Assembly (NCBI GenBank): GCA_963792545.1 | Contig: CAWBXM010000069.1 | Span: 8,203-32,202 of the forward strand | DNA from: an uncultured Gammaproteobacteria bacterium | GTDB lineage: Bacteria; Pseudomonadota; Gammaproteobacteria; SZUA-229 | DNA: 24,000 nucleotides | Direction: 5' to 3' | In this document: piece after piece, positions 1 through 6,273 of the stretch | How the letters are laid out: every line of letters starts with the position of its first letter | Numbering within the stretch: position 1 is the first letter of the stretch | Translations under genes and position numbers: made by a program | Notes under the pieces: model-generated | The model's input: only the letters and a program-made list of their open reading frames with translations | The model's database searches: none | Told to the model about the DNA's origin: nothing

Positions 1-65
1 TTCTTAAAACAATTATTCCAAGCCGAAAAGCAACTAAGCAATATATAGGTGATACCAATGAGTAA
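1..65 (+). CDS. brnT: 3' end of a BrnT-type (DUF497-like) toxin gene, truncated by the window edge
   Basis: Reading frame 3 gives LKTIIPSRKATKQYIGDTNE followed by stop TAA at 63-65. The ..II.SRKATK.. tail resembles the conserved BrnT C-terminus as I recall it. The stop overlaps the ATG at 58 of the downstream antitoxin-like gene by 8 nt (ATGAGTAA), which is typical TA coupling. Only 20 codons are visible. Confidence 0.4.
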   Translation, partial: LKTIIPSRKATKQYIGDTNE

Positions 66-339
66 ACTTGATTCTGAAGAAAAAGAAATTCTCGATGCAT
101 TTGAGTCAGGCAAGCTGAAAAAGTCTAAAAATATTAAAAAACAAATTGAGCAACATAAGGCTGTTGCTGAGGCAACCTTTAAAAAGGATGCACGTATTAA
201 TATTCGTCTGTCATCTAAAGATCTTCGTTCATTGCAAGCAAAAGCTCTAATGGAAGGTATGCCATATCAAACATTTGTATCTAGTGTTTTACATAAGTTT
301 ATAGATGGCCAGCTAGTCGATAAATCAGCTATCAAGTAG
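58..339 (+). CDS. brnA: BrnA-type antitoxin (CopG / ribbon-helix-helix, COG3514-like)
   Basis: The tracked ORF 49..339 starts at GTG, and an in-frame ATG at 58 gives 93 aa. The sequence EKEILDAFESGKL...KDARINIRLSSKDLRSLQAKALMEGMPYQTFVSSVLHKF matches the BrnA/CopG antitoxin pattern I recognise. The gene is coupled to the toxin-like frame upstream. Confidence 0.75.
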   Translation: MSKLDSEEKEILDAFESGKLKKSKNIKKQIEQHKAVAEATFKKDARINIRLSSKDLRSLQAKALMEGMPYQTFVSSVLHKFIDGQLVDKSAIK

Positions 340-387
340 CTCAACGTTGACTACTTTATACGCTGCTTTGTTTTACTACGCGCCAGA

Positions 388-438
388 GAACCATCTGAGA
401 ACAATCGGGGACAGACTATGATTGTTCACAGATGGTTC
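388..438. other. Long imperfect hairpin (19-bp stem, 13-nt loop)
   Basis: GAACCATCTGAGAACAATC (388-406) pairs with GATTGTTCACAGATGGTTC (420-438). The arms are reverse complements apart from one central A/A mismatch. No U-tract follows. Confidence 0.7.
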
Positions 439-491
439 GGTCGAAATTTATGATGACTCGAATAAAACTGATATTTAATACTAATGCTGTA

Positions 492-671
492 ATCGCGGAA
501 TACAATATTCAGCATATCCCTATGCTTCACTCGGCAACTGCTCCTGCGTTGCTCTAACATCTACATCCATGTAGAAGCCCTTCGGGGCTTACGTGAAAAA
601 TTATTCCAGACAATTTTTTCCGCTCCTACGAAAACCGCTCATGCTTGTAGGAGCGGATTGTATTCCGCGAT
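492..671. repeat. 15-bp perfect inverted repeat pair enclosing about 150 nt
   Basis: ATCGCGGAATACAAT (492-506) and ATTGTATTCCGCGAT (657-671) are exact reverse complements. The enclosed segment carries further stem-loops (next feature). Confidence 0.7.
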
Positions 672-695
672 CGCCCGCTATTTTTCTGCAGCGGG
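561..695 (+). other. Cluster of four short stem-loops in the brnA / USP-DUF389 spacer
   Basis: Four stem-loops read directly from the sequence. (1) CTACAT-cc-ATGTAG at 561-574. (2) AAGCCC-TTCG-GGGCTT at 575-590, with a UUCG-type tetraloop. (3) CCGCTCCTAC (620-629) pairing with GTAGGAGCGG (647-656) around a 17-nt loop. (4) CCCGCT (674-679) pairing with AGCGGG (690-695). Confidence 0.6.
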
Positions 696-745
696 TAATA
701 TTATAGGATGCACTAAATGCGCCGAAGAAAGAATAAGAGAAAACT

Positions 746-2646
746 ATGCAAGCTACAAAAACGCTAGTCACAATACTTGGGCCGAATCTGGATGTAGCGC
801 TTCAGGTGAAATGGGCAGTTCATCTGGCGGCTGCGAATAAGCTGGATCTGCTTATTTTAAATCGTGTTGAGAGCACTGATGATCGTCTCGAAGAGGTGCT
901 TTTAGATCAGTCTGAAAATGAAGTCTCAGAAACAGAGAGCAGTATCGATACGGTTGTGCGTATCATCAAGGAGTCCGATGAATTACGTGCGGGAGAACGT
1001 CAGAGTAGTGACACGGATGAAGCTGAAGATTCAGAAATTCATAACGTGTATGTTCGACTGAAGAATGTTTACTTTACTAGTAACTCTTCGCTGCGACGTA
1101 TGACACTGACTGAACTAGGGAACAAAGATGTTGAGCTATTCACACAGGCGCGTGCGGAAGTTACCGATGTATCAGATACTGATTTAATCAAAGAGCGCCG
1201 GCTTTTCTTGCGTTACATTCCCTGCGAGGTCGTACTCTGTCTCGGCCTTGATGAGGAGACGGAGTTCTCACGCATTCTGGTGGCGACAGCACCGGGAAGA
1301 AACGGTAGAGCAGCTTTACAGCTAGGTGCGAGGCTGGTTTCTGTGGTGAACGGAACCCTGACAGCTTTGCATGTTAACCCGAACGTCGGGACATCTGCGG
1401 AAGAGGTTGGTGAGCGCAGGCTGGAGAGTCATATCACAAAATCTTTGGGTAAAGACTACCCTGATATCGATAGTCGGGTGATAGTGGACGATAAGATCGA
1501 TGACGGTATTAAACGTGTGTGGGAGAAGGCCGCCATGATCTGATCGTGATCGGCGTGATAGCATCACAGCTTGAAACAAGCCTGGCTGCGAGACTCGGTA
1601 AGAAAGCAGTCGTTGTCATGGTTAGCACCGCATCTCCTTTTGCCAGCCAGTCTAAACAGTTTTTAGATGAATTTGCCCAGTTATATATTCCTCAGATCAC
1701 ACGTGATGATCGTGTCGCGCTAGTCGACAGTGTACAGTCGAATGCTGCCTGGAATTTTGACTTTGTAGCTTTGATGGTGCTGTCTACGATCATGGCGGCT
1801 ATCGGTTTGATCCAGGATTCTGGCGCAGTGGTGATCGGTGCGATGCTGGTTGCCCCTCTTATGACTCCGTTGATGGGGCTTGGGCTGGCGCTTGTGCAGG
1901 GTAATCTTGCACTGGCAAAGATGTCGTTTCGCTCAGTAATCTTAGGCCTGGGTGTCTCCCTCCTGGTAGGCTTTCTGGTCGGTTCCCTGGCACCTGGTTT
2001 TCAGGAGCCTACGCGTGAGATGCTGTCTCGGGGAGGCCCGATATTGCTCGATCTGATGGTGGCGTTTGCTGCCGGAATGGCCGCAGCGTATGCTTCTACT
2101 CGGCCAAACCTGATTGCGGCTTTGCCTGGCGTGGCTATTGCCGCCGCCCTGGTACCTCCGATTGCAACTGCGGGACTGGCGCTGGCAATCGGTCAATTTG
2201 ACCTGGCTGTTGCTGCCTTGCTGCTTTTCGGTATCAATATGGTTACCATCATCCTGGCCTCCATGCTGAGCTTGTGGTTAGTAGGTTTTCGAAACCTGAA
2301 GAAGACGGCAAACTGGAGCATGATAGGTGACAGTGTAATCATCACCGCGGTGTTGGCTCTTGGTCTTTATCTGAGTTTTTATCATCAAAAACATGAACTC
2401 ACTGAGAAGTTTCCGGCTGGCCTGGTAGCGGCTCTGCAGGAAGAGCTCGGCTCGAGGTACCAGCTGAAGAGCCTGGCTGTTGCCTATGACGAACTGGGTT
2501 TGCAGCTCAACCTGGACGTGGTTGGCGCGGAACCTATATCTGAAGAACTGGCGACTGAGGTCAGGGTCCTGGCCTCAGAGCACTATGATCATCCGGTGAG
2601 GGTCAGGTTGATGACACTGATGAATATCAAAAATGCAGAACAGTAA
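746..2646 (+). pseudogene. Tandem USP-like domains fused to a DUF389 (TIGR00341-like) polytopic membrane domain, with the reading frame broken at 1519-1543
   Basis: ORFs 746..1543 (265 aa) and 1519..2646 (375 aa, GTG) overlap by 25 nt, and codon phase shifts by -1. The first ORF carries USP-like units (TLVTILGPNLDVALQ...; SRILVATAPGRNGRAALQLGARL...LTALHV). The second ORF opens with what looks like the missing C-terminal half of that USP fold (DLIVIGV...LGKKAVVVMV). It then runs into a membrane domain with the DUF389-type signature VIGAMLVAPLMTPLMGLGLAL. A fold split across two frames argues for one gene with a 1-nt loss, which could be real or a sequencing error. Confidence 0.6.
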
Positions 2647-2660
2647 AGTGAAGTGCGCCA

Positions 2661-2861
2661 TCAGATGTAGCTTGTTTCAAAATCAACGGGTGATTTACCC
2701 AGATAATTCACATGACTTTCGATGTAGTCAGGTTCTACCATGCAGTTCAGAACGCATGATTTGATAGCATCGCACAAATTATTGAATACATCTAATTCGT
2801 AACCATCTTCAGCAATTAATGATGCGGTTTGGTCTGTCCATTCTTTGATGTGATATTGCAT
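2661..2861 (-). CDS. Hypothetical small protein (66 aa), no family recognised
   Basis: The ATG at 2861 is preceded by GAGGG (complement of 2866-2870) with a 4-nt spacer, which is a good RBS. The gene is convergent with the DUF389 gene, with a 14-nt gap. The composition looks protein-like (MQYHIKEWTDQTASLIAEDGYELD...). Confidence 0.45.
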   Translation of the reverse strand: MQYHIKEWTDQTASLIAEDGYELDVFNNLCDAIKSCVLNCMVEPDYIESHVNYLGKSPVDFETSYI

Positions 2862-3070
2862 AATGCCCTCGTGATATAAGTTAGTAAACTTTGAAATAAA
2901 CTAATATGTCATTTCTATAAGTACTTTTAGTACATGACGGTGCTACAGTAATGCTGAGATGTTACAAAGGTGTTAAACGTTTCGGAAGATATTGTTACCA
3001 CACCTAATAGATTACTTTAACTAGCAAGTTCGGCTATGAATGCCAGTTCAAAAAACAATAGCAAAAATTT

Positions 3071-3178
3071 TTCACCACAGAGGCACAGAGGGCACAGAGT
3101 TTTACTTTGTTAACCGCGCCTACGGCGCTGTTAACAATAGAAAGTTTTTCTCTGTGTCCTCTGTGCCTCTGTGGTGAA
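3071..3178. repeat. Palindromic intergenic element E1 (29-nt arms built from three CACAGAGG-type octamers, plus an inner hairpin)
   Basis: The left arm is TTCACCACAGAGGCACAGAGGGCACAGAG (3071-3099). The right arm is CTCTGTGTCCTCTGTGCCTCTGTGGTGAA (3150-3178). The arms are complementary with one mismatch. An inner palindrome, GTTAAC-CGCGCC-tac-GGCGCT-GTTAAC, lies at 3109-3135. Confidence 0.9.
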
Positions 3179-3406
3179 TCGCTTTTAAAGTTTTTGATTG
3201 CACGAAAAGGGTCGGGTTTTCTTGTTTAGATAACTATCATGAAGGTCTGTTATTGTGAAATTTGCCGAATTCTCGTTGCCCAGTGCATTGTGGTGGACCA
3301 GTACGTGCTCTGATGTTTCGATTGTCAGATATTCAATTCCATATTTGAAAGGGGGTTACAGAGGTGTATGATGTTGATTTATCGGTTCAATACATGGTGA
3401 TTGCAT

Positions 3407-3868
3407 ATGACATTTACAAAATTCTTCCTGCTGTTATTGCTTGTTCTTGCAAACACTTTTGCAGTACGGGCTGTAGAAGCACAGGATGCAGAAGTATATA
3501 AAACGGTAGATAAAGACGGTGATGTCACGTTCAGTGACCAACAAACGAGAGGCGCTGAAACAATTGATGTGCAGCCGAATGTTGTCGATGTCGATGTACC
3601 GGCGATGCCAGCTTCAACCGTACAGGAGTCGGTGAAAAATCGGGCCACTGAAAATCAGATCGAGACCCAGCAAGAGGCAGTTGGCCGTGGCACGGCTGAG
3701 GGTGCTAATTTACGCAGGCGAGTACGGAATGAAACCAATGGCGAGGGTATTGATCGACCAGGTGGCGTGGTAACCCCGTATGGTAGAGAAGCTGGCCGAC
3801 CAGATGGAGAGGTAAGACCACGTGCTGGAGAAGGTGCTCGACCAGGTGGCTTGGGTGGCCGTAGATAG
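3407..3868 (+). CDS. DUF4124 domain-containing secreted protein with a Gly/Arg/Pro-rich tail
   Basis: The tracked ORF starts at TTG 3401, and ATG 3407 is the more likely start. It has a signal peptide (FFLLLLLVLANTFAVRAVEA) followed by EVYKTVDKDGDVTFSDQ, the DUF4124-type motif. The C-terminal third is low complexity with three x-R-P-(G/D)-G repeats (IDRPGGV, GRPDGEV, ARPGGLG). Confidence 0.7.
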   Translation: MTFTKFFLLLLLVLANTFAVRAVEAQDAEVYKTVDKDGDVTFSDQQTRGAETIDVQPNVVDVDVPAMPASTVQESVKNRATENQIETQQEAVGRGTAEGANLRRRVRNETNGEGIDRPGGVVTPYGREAGRPDGEVRPRAGEGARPGGLGGRR

Positions 3869-4055
3869 TTGCTGCTTAATCTTTGTCGCTGAAAATAACA
3901 GGTGGCAGTTTGCATGTGGTAATAGGTAACACAGGGTCGGACCTGAGCAACCACTTGATTATACTGTCGCGGACAAACGGGTAACGCAAATGGAAGGAGG
4001 GAAGGTATTGATACCTCGTTCATCTGCCTATTATGGTCGTGTAAAATGCAAAAAC

Positions 4056-5915
4056 ATGTTCAGATATAATCTCAAGTTCAAAAGCGCAGCAATCTCGCTG
4101 CTGTTTCTATTGATATCAGGCAGCGCGGATGCTCGCCACCCACTCGAACCCGCAGACACGTCGAGTCCACAGGCGACCATGGAGAGCTTTCTGGCGCTCA
4201 CTGACGAGGCCAGCCAGCGCTTAGTAATTTTTCATGATGCTCCGAGTTCAGCCTCGCAGAAAGCGCTTGAGCAAGCTTTGGTCAACGTAAGCCATCTACT
4301 CGATCTGAGCCAGATCCCGCCAGCCGCCCGTAACAAATTAGGTATGTCTACCACCGTGCTCCTGTGGGACGTCATGGCGCGCCTTGATTTGCCACTGCCG
4401 GAAGATATTCCAGATGCGAGCGCCGTTATGGAATCCGACGACAAGGCCAAAGATTCGGCGCAGTGGCAGGTTCCCGGTACCGAGATTACCATTGTCCGGA
4501 TCGCGGAAGGATCTCGCGCCGGCGAGTTTCTATTCAGCGCGGATCTGGTCAAACGGTTGCCCGGCTTCTACGAGCTGGTGCATGAACTGCCTTATCGGCG
4601 GTCGATGCCGTCAGATGATCTGGTACAAACCGATCAGATGCTAACCGGATGGATGATCCCGATGACCTGGGTAGAGACGCTTCCCGACTGGGCCAAGACC
4701 CCTTTACTTGGCCAGGTGTTCTGGAAGTGGTTCGTTTTGCTGCTGCTGTCTGGACTCGCCCTGGGGGCGATCATATGGGTTTTCCGATGGGGCCGGCGTC
4801 GCGACTGGGATAGTTCCCTGAGCGCCTATGTATACCACCTCAGCGCGCCCCTGGCCATCCTTGTCCTCGCCCCGCTGCTGCAGATTTTCTTTCAGGATCA
4901 CCTCAATCTGACCGGTTCCGCGGCCAGTGTGCCAGATTACATCATCGAGGTTGCCTACGGAGGCTCGCTGGTTTGGCTCATATGGCTCACCGCCAACTGG
5001 ATTGCCGAGGCCGTCATCGCCTCGCCGCGGATAAACTCCGAGAGCCTGGACGCCAGTATCCTGCGTCTGGTCGCGCGCGCCGTTGGTGTTACGGCCATGC
5101 TCGTGCTTACTTTCAGAGCTGCGCATTTTGTCGGAATCCCCGTATATGGCCTCGTTGCTGGTGCCGGAGTGGGCGGACTTGCCATCGCGCTGGCGGCAAA
5201 GAGCACCCTGGAAAACTTCATTGCAGCCCTCAACCTCTTCGCCGATCATCCGGTTCGCATCGGCGACCTCTGCCGCTATGATGACGAAGCCACGTCAGGG
5301 TGGCATCCGGTCGGCCGGGTGGAGTCCATTGGGCTGCGTTCCACCAAGATCCGGAAGTTAGACCGCACACTGATTACCATTCCCAATGCGAAATTCGCCC
5401 AGATGCATATCGTGAACTTCGATAGATGCGACCGCATGTTGCTGAGCACCAAGCTCGGTTTGCGCTACGAGACTACCGACAACCAGCTACGCTTCTTGCT
5501 GGCGGAACTGCGGGAACTGCTGCATGCGCATCCGAAGACTATTCATCTTGCCAATGATCCGGTTCGCGTGCGCTTCGTTGAATACGGTGACTATTCCCTG
5601 AACGTTGCGATTCGTGCCTATATCAGGGTGACGGATTACAACGAGTTTCTCGCCGTTCAGGAAGATATCCTGCTGCGCATTATGAAAGTTGTTGGGCAGG
5701 CCGGGACCGGTTTCGCGTTTCCGTCACAAACGCTGTATCTCGGCCGCGATGGCGGGCTCGACAAGGAGCAGCAAGAGGGCGCAGAGAAGCAGGTGCGCGA
5801 ATGGTCATCTGCACATACCTTGCCGTTCCCTGATATTGCCGAGGACCAGCGCAGGAAGATTACCGATACCCTCGACTATCCACCGGAGGGTTCGCCCGGT
5901 GCAGATGACGGTTAG
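4056..5915 (+). CDS. Mechanosensitive ion channel family protein (MscS-like, with a large N-terminal periplasmic domain)
   Basis: The tracked ORF is 3990..5915. The internal ATG at 4056 gives a signal-peptide-like N-terminus (MFRYNLKFKSAAISLLFLLISGSADA). Several TM segments follow, then the MscS core: GLAIALAAKSTLENFIAALNLFADHPVRIGDL...GRVESIGLRSTKIRKLDRTLITIPNAKF. Confidence 0.85.
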   Translation: MFRYNLKFKSAAISLLFLLISGSADARHPLEPADTSSPQATMESFLALTDEASQRLVIFHDAPSSASQKALEQALVNVSHLLDLSQIPPAARNKLGMSTTVLLWDVMARLDLPLPEDIPDASAVMESDDKAKDSAQWQVPGTEITIVRIAEGSRAGEFLFSADLVKRLPGFYELVHELPYRRSMPSDDLVQTDQMLTGWMIPMTWVETLPDWAKTPLLGQVFWKWFVLLLLSGLALGAIIWVFRWGRRRDWDSSLSAYVYHLSAPLAILVLAPLLQIFFQDHLNLTGSAASVPDYIIEVAYGGSLVWLIWLTANWIAEAVIASPRINSESLDASILRLVARAVGVTAMLVLTFRAAHFVGIPVYGLVAGAGVGGLAIALAAKSTLENFIAALNLFADHPVRIGDLCRYDDEATSGWHPVGRVESIGLRSTKIRKLDRTLITIPNAKFAQMHIVNFDRCDRMLLSTKLGLRYETTDNQLRFLLAELRELLHAHPKTIHLANDPVRVRFVEYGDYSLNVAIRAYIRVTDYNEFLAVQEDILLRIMKVVGQAGTGFAFPSQTLYLGRDGGLDKEQQEGAEKQVREWSSAHTLPFPDIAEDQRRKITDTLDYPPEGSPGADDG

Positions 5916-5972
5916 ATAATCACAGAGAACTGGTTGCCTACTGGATGTCCGGTTGTTTTGAAAACAGCGAAA

Positions 5973-6015
5973 TAGTACTTTCTCCAAACACTTATAGTAC
6001 TTTCTCCAAACACTT
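5973..6015. repeat. Tandem direct repeat, 2 x 21 nt with a 22-nt period
   Basis: TAGTACTTTCTCCAAACACTT occurs at 5973-5993 and again, identical, at 5995-6015, separated by a single A. The repeat lies between the mscS-like stop and the regulator gene, about 260 nt upstream of ATG 6274. Confidence 0.95.
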
Positions 6016-6273
6016 CAAGAGACAAGCTAAATGAGCTTCTCAATCTTTTTGAAAAAGTTGGAGTCATCCAATCATCCAGTCAAAACAGATCAAAACATCA
6101 GGCTATCAAAAACACTGTTTTAAAGCGATCTAACGTGATAAACGAGTTAAGGTGAGAAGCACTGATAATGAAGGATTTAATTCGTTATACTCGTCCAGTG
6201 AAAATATAAATAAAATTTTTGTCGAGAAATCTTTGTGTGACTCCGAACCACCATCTAAAGGCAACGACTATTC

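Noticed and set aside
340-745. The structured spacer as an integron attC site or a retron msr/msd
   Set aside because: The window contains no integron integrase or reverse transcriptase gene. The hairpin ends lack RYYYAAC / GTTRRRY core sites; for example, the 3' flank reads GTTCGGT. The mismatch in the 388-438 stem is an internal A/A rather than the extrahelical bases typical of attC.
658-840. 60-aa ORF in the spacer, overlapping the start of the USP::DUF389 gene
   Set aside because: It starts inside the inverted-repeat and hairpin region and has no RBS. Its composition is Cys/Ser/Gly-rich and low complexity. It overlaps the better-supported gene at 746 in another frame.
3239-3313. 24-codon Cys-rich mini-ORF (MKVCYCEICRILVAQCIVVDQYVL) upstream of the DUF4124 gene
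   Set aside because: It has no RBS and is too short to evaluate. Similar mini-ORFs in the 11680-12510 gap are equally unsupported.
4704-5249. Long antisense or alternative-frame ORFs inside the GC-rich genes. Examples are 4704-5249, 4955-5233, 8172-8735, 10654-11256, 18646-19104 and 19225-19578 on the minus strand, and 4973-5281, 5083-5361 and 19063-19272 on the plus strand.
   Set aside because: These are typical shadow ORFs of high-GC coding sequence. Their composition is Arg/Ser/Gly/Pro-rich and they carry no recognisable motifs. Each is fully nested in a gene with strong family signatures.
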